Positions 51,138-61,662 of a stretch of 64,000 bases of DNA are shown here, piece after piece; position 1 is the stretch's first letter, and every line of letters starts with the position of its first letter. This DNA comes from Chamaesiphon sp. (lineage in GTDB: Bacteria > Cyanobacteriota > Cyanobacteriia > Cyanobacteriales > Chamaesiphonaceae). The position numbers and the translations under genes were made by a program. Under the pieces are notes generated by a model. It was not told where the DNA came from. It did no database searches and saw only the letters and a list, made by a program, of their open reading frames with translations. The DNA lies in NCBI GenBank assembly GCA_965246715.1, contig CBDFFH010000012.1, positions 32,001 to 96,000 of the forward strand, written 5' to 3'.

Positions 51138-52171
51138 GTAATGCAAAATGTTTGACATTGCCAAACTTTGAGTTGCAATGTGGCGTAACCTTGCCCCAGG
51201 CTGAATTAGTCTATCAAACCTATGGCGAGCTGAATGTCGATCGATCGAATGTCATTATCTACCCGACTTCCTATGGTGCCCAACACACGGATATTGATTG
51301 GCTGATTCGACCCGACGGCATTCTCGATCCGACGAAATGGTTTATTATCATCCCCAATATGTTTGGCAATGGTCTCTCGACCTCACCCAGTAATAATCCG
51401 GCTTGTAGATTGGCCGAGCAGGGTTTTTGGTTTACACATGTAGATAATGTTCGCGCTCAGGCGCAGTTATTAACTCAGGTTTTTGGGATCGATCGATTGG
51501 CAGCGATCTATGGTTGGTCGATGGGAGCGCAGCAAGCATATCATTGGGGAGCGATGTTCCCCGTTGGCGGAGCCGCTGAGAATGAGATTCGAGTGGAACG
51601 GATTGTGGCATTGTGTGGCACGGCGAGAACTACCGACCACAATCGAATTTTTCTCGAAAGCCTACGTTGTGCCCTTACTGCCGATCGAACCTGGACGGGT
51701 CATGGGTTTGACGGGATACCAGAACAGGGCTTTCGGACATTTGCGAGGATCTACGCGAGTTGGGCGGCTTCTCAGGCATTTTATCGAGTAAAAATCTATC
51801 TCCAACTGGGCTATGCATCGCTGGATGATTATCTGTGGCGGGGTTGGGAAGTGGGCTACCGCAAGCGCGATCCGCATAATCTGGTAGCAATGCTGGATAC
51901 CTGGTTGCGCTGCGACATCAGCAATAATTCTATTTATCAAAGCGATATCGATCGAGCATTAGCCTCGATTACAGCCAAAACTCTGGTCATGCCCTCTGCA
52001 ACGGATCTATATTTCACGCCAGCAGACTGCGCTGCTGAAGCTGCGAAGATTCCCGCTGCTCGATATCTGCCCATCCCCTCGATCTGGGGACATCGGGCGG
52101 GCAATCCTTATCAAAATCCTGAAGATGCGGCTTTTATTCGCACTGCGGTGCAAGAGTTGCTAAGCGAATAA
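51128..52171 (+). CDS. MetX (homoserine acetyltransferase)-like alpha/beta hydrolase
   Basis: L.YQTYG.LN, NMFGNGLS.SPSN, GWSMG elbow, DLYF and WGH motifs; lacks the HALTG of true MetX. Confidence 0.85.
   Translation: MVLSNAKCLTLPNFELQCGVTLPQAELVYQTYGELNVDRSNVIIYPTSYGAQHTDIDWLIRPDGILDPTKWFIIIPNMFGNGLSTSPSNNPACRLAEQGFWFTHVDNVRAQAQLLTQVFGIDRLAAIYGWSMGAQQAYHWGAMFPVGGAAENEIRVERIVALCGTARTTDHNRIFLESLRCALTADRTWTGHGFDGIPEQGFRTFARIYASWAASQAFYRVKIYLQLGYASLDDYLWRGWEVGYRKRDPHNLVAMLDTWLRCDISNNSIYQSDIDRALASITAKTLVMPSATDLYFTPADCAAEAAKIPAARYLPIPSIWGHRAGNPYQNPEDAAFIRTAVQELLSE
51564..51587. repeat. 24-nt SDR5-like in-frame insertion
   Basis: TTGGCGGAGCCGCTGAGAATGAGA is 18/24 identical to the reconstructed outer element at 12004-12048 and adds 8 aa between FP and RVERI. 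Confidence 0.6.
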
Positions 52172-52186
52172 CTCGATCGACTGACT

Positions 52187-53038
52187 TTACTTGTTGGACG
52201 ATGGAGAAAGGGTTACACCTGTCGCGTAGGGACTAATTCCTTTTTCAGCAAGAGTTGCTTCGATCTCTAAGCGTTTGACTTTGAGCTGGTAATCCCGAAC
52301 TAGAGGATCGATTGCTTTGATGTTGATTGCTTCTGCTTCAAGTGTGGCTTTTTTTGCTTGGATTAGTTTGAGCTTAGATGCTTCGTTTGCGGTTGCTGCT
52401 TTAAGGGCAGATTGTTGTGCTAATTGGTCATTAAAGGATTTGCCGAAGTCTGCAATGCCAGTAATTCTCACCTCTTGAATACGAACCATTTTGCCATATT
52501 CTTTTTGGAGAGCTGCCTTTACTTTTTCCGCAACATCAGGGAGGTTAGAGTTGAAAGTTGCAGGATCTAAACCTGCACCAACTTGGATAATTGCATTTTG
52601 AGTCGAAGCATATAAGTTTTGAGATTTAAAATGCTCTTCATCAACTCTCAAGACTTTAGCAACTGTACCAATAGATTCTTGAGTTGGTTCAAATGTAATA
52701 ATCACCTGAATATTAATTGCACCTTTGATATTTTGGGCTGCGAAGTGAATTGATTGATCGATTTCTTTGCCCTGATCTGTTCTTGAAGAATAGTCTACTA
52801 ATTGTTGACCAGTTGAATAAATCAAAACTTTATCAAATGGGCCATAGTTAAATTTACCAGAATAAATATCTACTTTGTCTTTTTCCCCGCCCGAAGCATG
52901 ATAAACTGCTGCAACCTGTCCCGCACTAAGTGTTTCCCAGCTTGTAACTCCGAAAATCGCACCAGAGGAACAAGATGTTGAACTTGTCGCAACTGCTACA
53001 ACTAAAGTTAAAAAACCAATTTTTTTGAAATCAAACAT
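52187..53038 (-). CDS. SPFH/Band-7-like protein with possible lipoprotein signal
   Basis: Start MFDFKK at 53038; hydrophobic stretch then STSC; AGQVAAVY..GG; C-terminal coiled coil; AT-rich. Confidence 0.55.
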   Translation of the reverse strand: MFDFKKIGFLTLVVAVATSSTSCSSGAIFGVTSWETLSAGQVAAVYHASGGEKDKVDIYSGKFNYGPFDKVLIYSTGQQLVDYSSRTDQGKEIDQSIHFAAQNIKGAINIQVIITFEPTQESIGTVAKVLRVDEEHFKSQNLYASTQNAIIQVGAGLDPATFNSNLPDVAEKVKAALQKEYGKMVRIQEVRITGIADFGKSFNDQLAQQSALKAATANEASKLKLIQAKKATLEAEAINIKAIDPLVRDYQLKVKRLEIEATLAEKGISPYATGVTLSPSSNK

Positions 53039-53444
53039 TTTTGTTCGTTCTTTGTAGATAATGTTGAAGTGATTCAAATGGAAAATTTGCACCAAAAATT
53101 AAGTCGTCACTACTATTTTTAAAAGCAAGCTCAATTGAACTTATCTGTTTTGACGTAAGATTTATAAAATAGATTGAATCGATCGATTCATATTCGACAT
53201 GATTACTAGCATCTATAAATTGCTTCAAATATATTTTTTTGCGTTTCCCAGTTTTCAATAATTTTAGCGACAAAAATACATCGCCAACAGGAATACCGAA
53301 CAATAAAGCAATTCTTCCAAAATCTATTATGGGTGCATACCATGTAGCACCATTAACAATATTATTAGGAAGACTAAAGCTACCGATAATTATTCCAAGT
53401 TGGATCGAGGCAATTATTGCCCAATTTTTAGGACTATGCTTCAT
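53031..53444 (-). CDS. Hypothetical two-TM protein
   Basis: Two hydrophobic segments; its stop overlaps the start of the next gene; very AT-rich. Confidence 0.55.
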   Translation of the reverse strand: MKHSPKNWAIIASIQLGIIIGSFSLPNNIVNGATWYAPIIDFGRIALLFGIPVGDVFLSLKLLKTGKRKKIYLKQFIDASNHVEYESIDSIYFINLTSKQISSIELAFKNSSDDLIFGANFPFESLQHYLQRTNKNV

Positions 53445-53705
53445 AGATATTTATCGTCAACGAAAGCACAGACAAATTGTATGTTGCATGTTATCTAAAT
53501 GATTTCCTCTGGTTTTGCTAACAATATTATTATGCCCAAAATCATTGAAAGATATCATCTATTTTATCTAAACAGCAATTGTGTAATATAGGATTGAGCC
53601 ACATAGCTCCGCTATCACTAAGCTAACCAGCTATACACGTCTCTAAATCACTTACCTGCTTAAAATCTCATTTCTTTGCCGTTTTATTCAAATCGTTTGA
53701 TTTCG

Positions 53706-53797
53706 ATCGCTCGAGGTATCCGTTACTTTCTGACTTCCTGCACCGATCTATTTGGTACTCAACGCGCCAAGATGGTGCCAGCCCAAGCGCTCGATCT
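53706..53797 (+). pseudogene. Diverged duplicate of the glnT 5' end
   Basis: 53718-53797 matches 54010-54089 with 7 mismatches in 80 nt. Confidence 0.85.
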
Positions 53798-53976
53798 CTA
53801 AATATCAAGCTACCACAGCAAATCTACATCGTACATCTCCAATATCCCATCTGCGTACACAGCACCATTCTAACATTCTTAACAGAGTAAGTATTTCAGT
53901 TCATAGCGATCGAATTAGATCGGCGCAGTCACTTATTCTAGAAATTTGACCCGATCGTCGTCTACACCCATCACCT

Positions 53977-54507
53977 ATGCTGCTATCTGAAATCGCTCGC
54001 GATCGCGGGATCCGTTACTTTCTGATTTCCTTCACCGATCTATTTGGCACCCAACGAGCCAAGATGGTGCCAGCCCAGGCGATCGATCTGATGGCAGTGG
54101 ATGGTGCGGGTTTTGCGGGTTTTGCTGCTTGGTTGGACATGACTCCCGCCGATCCCGATATTTTGGCGATGCCCGAGGCCAGTCAAATGATTCAATTGCC
54201 CTGGCAGCCGGATGTAGCTTGGTTGCCAGCGGATGTACTGACGATCGATAGACAACCGCTCAGACAAACACCTCGCTTAGTGCTCAAACGGGTGTTAGAG
54301 CAAGCCGCAGCACGGGGATATCGCGTGAACACAGGGGTAGAGTGCGAGTATTTTTTACTGAGTGCGGATGGGGAAAGGATTTTTGACGGGTTGGATCGAT
54401 CGAGTAAACCTTGCTACGACCAACAAGCATTGATGCGTCGCTTCGATATTATTGTGGGTAACTACATCCGATCGATTACTGCGTGCCTGTTCAATCTAAT
54501 TAATTAG
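53977..54507 (+). pseudogene. glnT: GmaS-like type III glutamate-ammonia ligase, 3'-truncated
   Basis: YFLISFTDLFG.QRAK.VPA.AI..M..DGAGFAGFA, GVECEYFL and KPCYDQQALMRR; homology ends near aa 160 of an expected about 440. Confidence 0.85.
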
Positions 54508-54605
54508 GTTTGAGATCCTGATATAGTATAAGATGTGCTCATTCTAAATTCGATCGCGGCAAGTTTTGGATCTGTAGAATTAAAGAGAAAAACTGGCAAG
54601 CAGAT

Positions 54606-54884
54606 ATGCGTCTAATTGCTATCAAAAATCTCCGCAATGAGGCTAGTCGATATCCAGATGCAAAGAAAGCGATTGAAACTTGGTATCTGATTGTAAAGAG
54701 TGCTGATTGGTCTAGTTTAGAAGATGTCCGGCAAGTGTACCGAGATGCTGAATCTGCTGGTAATTTTACTGTTTTCAATATTAAAGACAATAATTATCGC
54801 TTGATTGTGGGAATTAATTATGTAAAAGGGCGAATCTATTTTAAGTACTTTTTGACTCACGCTGAATACGATAAGGATTTTTGA
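54606..54884 (+). CDS. higB: HigB-family toxin
   Basis: MRLIA.K.L, W....DV, VFNIK.NNYRLIV.I.Y and FLTHAEYDK motifs. Confidence 0.9.
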   Translation: MRLIAIKNLRNEASRYPDAKKAIETWYLIVKSADWSSLEDVRQVYRDAESAGNFTVFNIKDNNYRLIVGINYVKGRIYFKYFLTHAEYDKDF

Positions 54885-54888
54885 AAAA

Positions 54889-55293
54889 ATGACCCAAATT
54901 ATTGATTTGAAAGTGTACGGTCAACTCGTTGCCGAAGTAAGCCCAAAGGTAATTGAAACTGAGGATGAGTATGAGCAATTTCTAGCTGTGGCAGAAAGGC
55001 TGACTTTCAAGCAGGTTCAAACACCTGAAGAGTTGGCATTATATGATTTAGTAACGATGTTGGTGGAAACATACGAGGCGAAACATTACCCGATCGATCG
55101 ATCGTCGCCTGTGGAAGTTTTGGAGCATATCATTGAAGCTAGTGGGATCGATCGATCCGATCTATCTGAGATTTTTGGCTCTGGTGATGCTGTGGATCGA
55201 GTTTTGGCGGGACAGGAGTTAATTAATCCCAGTCAGGCGAATGCTTTGGCACACAGATTTAAGTTGTCTCCAGAGATATTCTTGAATACCTGA
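54889..55293 (+). CDS. higA: HigA-family antitoxin (XRE HTH)
   Basis: PKVIETEDEYE, LVETYE..HYP, then an HTH; 4 bp after higB. Confidence 0.88.
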   Translation: MTQIIDLKVYGQLVAEVSPKVIETEDEYEQFLAVAERLTFKQVQTPEELALYDLVTMLVETYEAKHYPIDRSSPVEVLEHIIEASGIDRSDLSEIFGSGDAVDRVLAGQELINPSQANALAHRFKLSPEIFLNT

Positions 55294-56013
55294 AACCATC
55301 CGATCGATTAAAGGTATTCAGCAAGTAAGATCGAGAAATACTATTATTAAGGTACTATAAAAAAATCTATCTATGGCTATTAACACGCTTCCAGAAATAG
55401 TCAATCTACTCAAGGATACACTTCTTGCTGATGCTCAGGTGATGGAGCTAGAAATTCCTGAATCAGAAGATCGAGCTTTTGCCATCCAAATCAATCCTGA
55501 CAATGGGTATGCTGCATGGGATTTAATGTATTGCCAGATTGCTATAACTGGAAGATATCCTGTTATCGTTCAAGCTGATAGTTACTATCCAGTGATGACT
55601 AATGATGGCAAGTATGAGATGTTATTGAAAAATTGGGAAGAGGGTACTAGAGATAGTGATTTTTTTAGTCGCACTTATTATGAAGAAGATCGAAATAGAG
55701 AAGGTGGCGTTGCACCCAATCAAATCATAGAGCGATCGAAATCATTTGACGTAGATAAGTATATTGAAGCAGAAGACGAAGAATTTTTATTATGGCAGTT
55801 TAACGAAGAAGAAATAGAAGATATATTAATAGGAGAGATTGAAAGTCTGGAAGAAAAATATGGTAAAGCACCAGAGATAGAAGAGATGCTAGCAGCACTT
55901 GGATTAACTGACAAAGAATTGGGTGTAACTATTACAGGGGAGGATATCCATGAAGAAAAACTTGAGAGGTGGCTATTTGAATGGGAATTAGCTAATGGAG
56001 ATTACGAAAAAGC

Positions 56014-56840
56014 GGCGTTGCTGGATTAGGATATGATCTAAGGCGATCGAGAGAAGTAACAAGAGCAAATATCTAAATGGAATGTCCTGAATGTAGATCG
56101 TCTAATATCAATAAAAATGGGCGAATAAAGGGAAAGCAGAACCATATTTGTAAAGACTGCGGACGGCAATTTATAGATTGTTATGAAGCACACAGAGGAT
56201 ATTCACCACAAATCAAGCAGAAATGTTTGTCAATGTATGTTAATGGGATGGGATTTCGAGCAATAGAAAGAGTAATGGGTGTGCATAATACAACTGTCAT
56301 GGATTGGGTGAAGCAAGTAGGGGGAAATCTCCCAGATTACTATAATTCAGACCAAATACCAGAAGTTGGTGAGTTGGATGAGTTAGAGACGTTTGTTGGC
56401 TCAAAAAAAACAAGATCTGGCTCTGGACGGCAGTAAATCACTTTCAGATGGGTATTTTAGGATGGGTATTAGGCGACCACAGTGCTAAGACATTTAGACC
56501 GCTATGGGAGAATTTGGTAAGTACATGGAAATGTTATTTTTATGTGACGGATGGGTGGAGGGTCTATCCAATATTTATTCCAGATGGTGACCAAATCGTG
56601 AGTAAAACTTATATGACAAGAGTTGAGGGTGAAAACACTAGGCTCAGACATTACTTAGCTCGATTAAAAAGAAAAACATTATGTTATTCTAAGTGCGAAC
56701 AAATGCTAAAGCATTCTATTAGATTGTTAATTCATTATCTTAAATTTGGTGAAGTACCAACTCCTAATTCAGTTAGTTCTGGCGATCGACGGCACAGATT
56801 ACCTCTCGATCGCCAAATCATATCTTAATCCAGCAACGCC
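56014..56840 (+). mobile_element. IS1-family element, 827 bp
   Basis: IRs GGCGTTGCTGGATTA(G/A)GATATGAT; 8-bp TSD GAAAAAGC at 56006-13 and 56841-48. Confidence 0.93.
56077..56828 (+). CDS. IS1 transposase expressed by -1 frameshift
   Basis: CPEC..CKDC zinc finger, HTH and ELDE. A -1 shift at the A8 run (56403-56410) gives GSKKNKIWLWTAVNH...TDGW...VEGENTRLRHYL. Confidence 0.9.
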
Positions 56841-57424
56841 GAAAAAGCTAGTAGTTATGAAGGTACGATTTACGAAAGAGATTGGTTAGGTGGATATTAT
56901 CAACGTCATGGACTTCCTGATTATAGTGAATATGCAATTATTCTATTCCCAACTCAAAATAGTTGGGAAGTCTTAGCTTACATGCATTGGTATGGTTCTT
57001 CAGGATCGGGTAGCGATGGGGCGATCGCTTTTCTCAAGAGATGGCATGATAAATATCAGGCGGAACTAGTATGTCATTTCGGGACAGTATTAAATCTCAA
57101 TGTTGGCAAACTTCCACAAACACCAATGGAAGCATTCAATCTAATGGTCGAGCAATATACACTTTCCGACTATGCAATGCGTCATAATTTTAATATGAGA
57201 GAATATGCTCGCTATCTAATGAAAGTCGATTATTGGTACTTTCACGATCGACCGTAAATCTTCCAGTCTAAATTAATTTGTGAGTTTTGCAGTGACCACG
57301 AGCAAAACCATGCAGAGAAATAACTTCAGTCAATTATTGTCCGATCTCAATCGATCGTTGATTTGGGATGGTTCGATCTGTGGGATGCTTCGATCGATTG
57401 CCCAAAACTTGCCCAATCTAAATG

Positions 57425-58783
57425 CTAGAAAAACTTGAGATATCGCTGAATTTCCCAATCGGAGACGTGACTGTGATACTCTTCCCACTCCTGGGTTTTA
57501 AAGTCGATATAAGTTTTGTACATCAACGATCCCATCACCTTTTCACTGAGTGGATCGGCAGCAAAAGACTCGATCGCACCTTCCAGATTCCGGGGTAAAC
57601 AGCTAATCCCCATCTTTTGCAAATCTGCCACCGAATGCTTATACATATTCTCCGTATGTGGCTCACCCGGATCGAGTCCTTCCCGAATGCCTTCGAGTCC
57701 AGCGGCTAACAGCATTGCGGCTCCTAGATAGGGATTGCTGGCAATATCCGCCGCTCGGCACTCTACCCTGCCCCCGGGTAACGGAATTCTCAGCATATTG
57801 GTGCGATTGTTATTGCCATAGCAGATGTACACGGGTGCCCAAGTAAATCCTGACATACTGCCTCTGGCGATCAGCCGCTTGTAGCTGTTGACTGTCGGTG
57901 CGATCGTCGCACAAATTGCTGGAGCATGGCGCAAAATGCCCGCAATAAACTGGTAGCCTAATTTTGACAAGCCGCAACCGCGCGGATCTTCAGATTCCTC
58001 AAATAGATTCTTGCCCGTCTCAATGTCGGCGAGGGACATATTGTAGTGGGCACCACTGCCTGTGCGATTGGCAAAGGGTTTGGGCATAAAGGTGGCGAAA
58101 AAGCCGTGTTTGCGAGCAATTTCCTTGACCATCAGCCGAAAAAACACCAGTCGATCGGCCATTTTTAGCGCATCGCAGTAAGCGAAATCGGTTTCAAACT
58201 GACCGTTGCCGTCCTCATGGTCGAAGGAATACACATCCCAGCCCATCTGATTCATCGCTTCGACGATCTCCGTCACCCAGGTGTAGTTGTCGAGTAACCC
58301 TTGGATGTCATAACAGGGTTTATCTAGGACATCTCGATCGCTAATCGGGAGCGGTTTCCCTTCAGTAGTCTCCTTGAGCATAAAGAACTCAGTTTCAATC
58401 CCTAAATTGAACTGGAAGCCCATAGCAGCCGCTTCTGCCAGTACCTTTTTCAAAATGCCGCGACAGCAAGCATCAAACGGTTTGCCCTCCAAATAGAGAT
58501 CGCTAGCAAACCACACCACTTCAGGCTTCCAAGGTAAAACGGTGGCAGTAGCCGGATCGGGCATGGCGGCAACTTCTTCATCGCTGACATCTTGCGGCAC
58601 GCCGTCTAAGGCTGCGCCTGTGAACAGTTCCGAGCCTTGCATCATCTGTCCAAAATGTGACAAGGGCACTGCTTTGGCTTTACACATCCCATGTATATCG
58701 ACAAAGCTGGCTAGCGCATACTTGATGCCTTGTGCTTCGAGGGTAGATTTGAGCGATTGGAGTTCGGGTGAGAGTTGAGTCAC
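57425..58783 (-). CDS. glnT: Type III glutamate-ammonia ligase / gamma-glutamyl-amine synthetase
   Basis: EDGNGQFE, MPKPF, TGSGAH, NSYKRL, NNRT and ECRAAD..NPYL. FTGAA replaces GSI FDGSS and TWAP replaces GSI YEAP. Confidence 0.9.
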   Translation of the reverse strand: MTQLSPELQSLKSTLEAQGIKYALASFVDIHGMCKAKAVPLSHFGQMMQGSELFTGAALDGVPQDVSDEEVAAMPDPATATVLPWKPEVVWFASDLYLEGKPFDACCRGILKKVLAEAAAMGFQFNLGIETEFFMLKETTEGKPLPISDRDVLDKPCYDIQGLLDNYTWVTEIVEAMNQMGWDVYSFDHEDGNGQFETDFAYCDALKMADRLVFFRLMVKEIARKHGFFATFMPKPFANRTGSGAHYNMSLADIETGKNLFEESEDPRGCGLSKLGYQFIAGILRHAPAICATIAPTVNSYKRLIARGSMSGFTWAPVYICYGNNNRTNMLRIPLPGGRVECRAADIASNPYLGAAMLLAAGLEGIREGLDPGEPHTENMYKHSVADLQKMGISCLPRNLEGAIESFAADPLSEKVMGSLMYKTYIDFKTQEWEEYHSHVSDWEIQRYLKFF

Positions 58784-58800
58784 GATCGTGCCAATGATGA

Positions 58801-59826
58801 TTATAGTGATTTGACGATCGAATCGTCATAGAGCGATTCTGACTTGAGTGGTTGCGGAATAATCTTAAATTCTTCTGCCGCCTTAGCCGTCAGTTCGAGA
58901 TTGCCAATTAGACTCTTTGGATTGCTCTTGTCAAACGCCATCGCCTTATTGGTTGCCAGATCGAACACCTTGACACCCGACAACTGTTCCTTAACTTCAG
59001 CAACAGTTACGCCCATTTTTCCACTAGCAATTTTTAGGGCTTCTGGATCTCCAGCATTAACTAGTTTGACGGCTTTATCCACAGCGCGGAAGTAGGCTTG
59101 CAGGTCTTTTTGGCGAGTTTGGATGAATTTGTCTCGCACGACCAGCACATCTGCAACCAAGTTGGTACCCTTAGTCGAAAAGACAACATTGCCGCCACCT
59201 AGCTTGGCATTTTTAGTCAGAAAAGGTTCGTAGGTAACAGCTAAATCCACCTGCTTGGCAGCAAAAGCCGTAGCCGATTCTGCTGCTGTCATATCCTTAA
59301 CCTTGAGGTCGGCTTCTGTTAAACCAGCCTGTTTTAAATAAGCTTGGAGCAAGACTTTTGTAAACAGTAAGTTTTCCCTAGCGAGACTTTTACCTTTGGC
59401 ATCTTTAGGGGTTGCAATATTCTTACCGATAATCCCGTCGGCACCATCGGAATAATCCACGAGATAAACGATCTTCAGTGAGGGATCTTTTGCTGCTGCC
59501 TGAATTGCATCACCAGAAGTCAACCAGGCAATATCCAACTTCCCGGCTAACATCGCCGTGATTTCTTCAGTGGCACTTTGAAAAAATATTTCCTGAACAT
59601 TCAAGCCTTCTTTGGTAAATAACTCCTGTTTCGTCGCTACATAGTGGCTAGAGTAACCGACCCAGCTATTGAGTCCTGAGGCGATCGGTTGGGATGAAGC
59701 TGCTGGCGTGGAACTAGCACTAGGAGCGGTAGTGGTTGTATTCGGTTGCTGTGTACAAGCAATAGTTAAGGTGAAAGCAATCAAAGCTAAAAAAGTCCAG
59801 CGCAGCCAAGAAGATAGTTTGAGCAT
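58801..59826 (-). CDS. NitT/TauT-family ABC substrate-binding lipoprotein
   Basis: Start MLKLSS; TIAC lipobox; SWVGY, DYSDGADGI and TYEPF motifs. Confidence 0.9.
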   Translation of the reverse strand: MLKLSSWLRWTFLALIAFTLTIACTQQPNTTTTAPSASSTPAASSQPIASGLNSWVGYSSHYVATKQELFTKEGLNVQEIFFQSATEEITAMLAGKLDIAWLTSGDAIQAAAKDPSLKIVYLVDYSDGADGIIGKNIATPKDAKGKSLARENLLFTKVLLQAYLKQAGLTEADLKVKDMTAAESATAFAAKQVDLAVTYEPFLTKNAKLGGGNVVFSTKGTNLVADVLVVRDKFIQTRQKDLQAYFRAVDKAVKLVNAGDPEALKIASGKMGVTVAEVKEQLSGVKVFDLATNKAMAFDKSNPKSLIGNLELTAKAAEEFKIIPQPLKSESLYDDSIVKSL

Positions 59827-59918
59827 GAAGATAGATAAATAATGGAGCAATTAAATAAATAAGATGCAGCTTAAATCCTGAAAATAGAGCTAAATACTGG
59901 ATCGATTTCAGTAATAAA

Positions 59919-60815
59919 TTAATGACGTACTTGGTCTGCCCAAGGTGTGAGTCTGCGGGATAACCATTTCAATCCATAGTCAATTGCTAAACCGATCGCA
60001 CCAATTAAGACAATACAAAATAGGACTTTATCAGTTTGTAAAAACCGTTGGGACTGGATAATCTTAAAACCCAGCCCATTTTGAGCAGCCAATAATTCGG
60101 CAATCACCACGAAGTTCCAAGCCCCAGAAATGTTCACGCGGAGCGTGTCGAGCACACTTGGAAAAGTAGCTGGTACAATCACCTTCCACAAAACATCCCA
60201 ACGACTGGCACCCATCGTATAGGCGACATTAATCATCTCGTTGGGAATGAACTTGACTGCATCAGCCACCATAATGATGTTGTAAAGCACTACTCCCAAA
60301 CTAATAATTAGAATTTTTGACGGTTCCCCCAATCCCACCCAGATGATAATCAGCGGTACAAAGCCCGTAATCGGCATATAGCGCACCGTGCCGACGATCG
60401 GCGAGAATAGGCTATCCATGCTGTAAAAAGTCCCGATCGCTAATCCCACGGGTACGCCAATTAAGGCCGCCAGCATAAAACCAGCAAACACCCGACCGCA
60501 ACTAGCTAACACATCTCCACCTAGGTCGTTTTCGGCGAACATGGTGAATCCGGCAGTTAGCACGGCTAAAGGAGTGGGTAAAAAAGTCGATGGCACGAGT
60601 TGGAGCGAACTGGCGATCGTCCACAGCGTCAGCGGTATGAGCAAAGACGAGGCTACAAGTAACACCGACAACCGTTTCGGAAATCCCTGGCGGATACTCC
60701 AAAAGATTGAAGGGGAAAGGTAGCGATGTTTGCGGGTCGGCGGTTTAGGAATAGGGACGGAAATGGATTCAATCACTACAATTAACTCTAATGAAGGACT
60801 TGTGGTTAGATGCAA
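59919..60815 (-). CDS. NitT/TauT-family ABC permease (start possibly GTG 60776)
   Basis: FLPTP..V, RYMP, AYTMGA, AELLAA..GLG motifs. Confidence 0.92.
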   Translation of the reverse strand: MHLTTSPSLELIVVIESISVPIPKPPTRKHRYLSPSIFWSIRQGFPKRLSVLLVASSLLIPLTLWTIASSLQLVPSTFLPTPLAVLTAGFTMFAENDLGGDVLASCGRVFAGFMLAALIGVPVGLAIGTFYSMDSLFSPIVGTVRYMPITGFVPLIIIWVGLGEPSKILIISLGVVLYNIIMVADAVKFIPNEMINVAYTMGASRWDVLWKVIVPATFPSVLDTLRVNISGAWNFVVIAELLAAQNGLGFKIIQSQRFLQTDKVLFCIVLIGAIGLAIDYGLKWLSRRLTPWADQVRH

Positions 60816-60881
60816 AATCGAGAACTGCTAATTTTTGTGAGGACATATAATAATATCTCAACTATTCAACTCGATATCCTT

Positions 60882-61658
60882 CTAAGATTTATGTTTGCGA
60901 TGAACTTCTTGTGGACATCCTGGCTGTCGGCGGCGATCGAGATATTCTCCTAAGATGTGCTGATACTTCTCTCGTCCAAAGGTTTGATAGTGTCCTGGAT
61001 AAACTATTTCAATCGGCAGCTTTTGCAGTCGTTCGTAAGTGCAGATATAGTCGGAAATATTGCTGCAATGCAGCTCGTCAAGCAATTCACCATCATAAAT
61101 TACGTCTCCAGAAAATAATGCTTGCGATCGATGGTCATATAGAGCGATACAACCCGTTGAATGTCCGGGTAAATGTAAGACTTCCAACACCCGATCGCCC
61201 AAATCTAATACGTCCCCATCTTGCAAAATTTGGGTAGGTTCGGCAGCTCGAAAAGTGTATTGTTCCACGCTAAAACCAGGATGAGGCACTCGATCGAAAT
61301 GGTCTGGATGAATCCAGCCTGGTTGAGCGCAGAGGGCTTCATGAGCATCTCCCTCCCGCAAGGCTTGCGCTTCTGCGGCATGGATGGCACGACGATCGAA
61401 TTCATGAATTCCCCCCGCATGGTCGAAATGGATATGGGAAGCGATCGCCAGTAATGGTTTATCGATTAATTCTGCGATATGTTCGCGCAGGCTGGCTACT
61501 CCCAAACCCGTATCCACCAACAAATCCCGATCGCGCCCTTTAATCAGCCACAGATTGGCGCGGTTGTACCAATAGTAATGAGGCTCGGTAATCAGATATA
61601 GTCCCTCTGCCATGCGTTGCGTTGCAAACCAACGATCGCAGACTTGTCTGGTTGCCAT
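60882..61658 (-). CDS. MBL-fold hydrolase (MBLAC2-like)
   Basis: Start MATRQV with AGGAG RBS; VDTGLG, SHIHFDHAGG, PGHSTG, FSGD and PGH motifs. Confidence 0.9.
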   Translation of the reverse strand: MATRQVCDRWFATQRMAEGLYLITEPHYYWYNRANLWLIKGRDRDLLVDTGLGVASLREHIAELIDKPLLAIASHIHFDHAGGIHEFDRRAIHAAEAQALREGDAHEALCAQPGWIHPDHFDRVPHPGFSVEQYTFRAAEPTQILQDGDVLDLGDRVLEVLHLPGHSTGCIALYDHRSQALFSGDVIYDGELLDELHCSNISDYICTYERLQKLPIEIVYPGHYQTFGREKYQHILGEYLDRRRQPGCPQEVHRKHKS

Positions 61659-61662
61659 CTCC

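Larger units (their letters stand above)
55373..57257 (+). pseudogene. DUF4253-like protein interrupted by IS1
   Basis: Removing 56014-56840 plus one TSD gives ...DYEKASSYEG...PTQNSWEVLAYMHW...AELVCHFGT...WYFHDRP in frame (about 349 aa). Confidence 0.8.
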
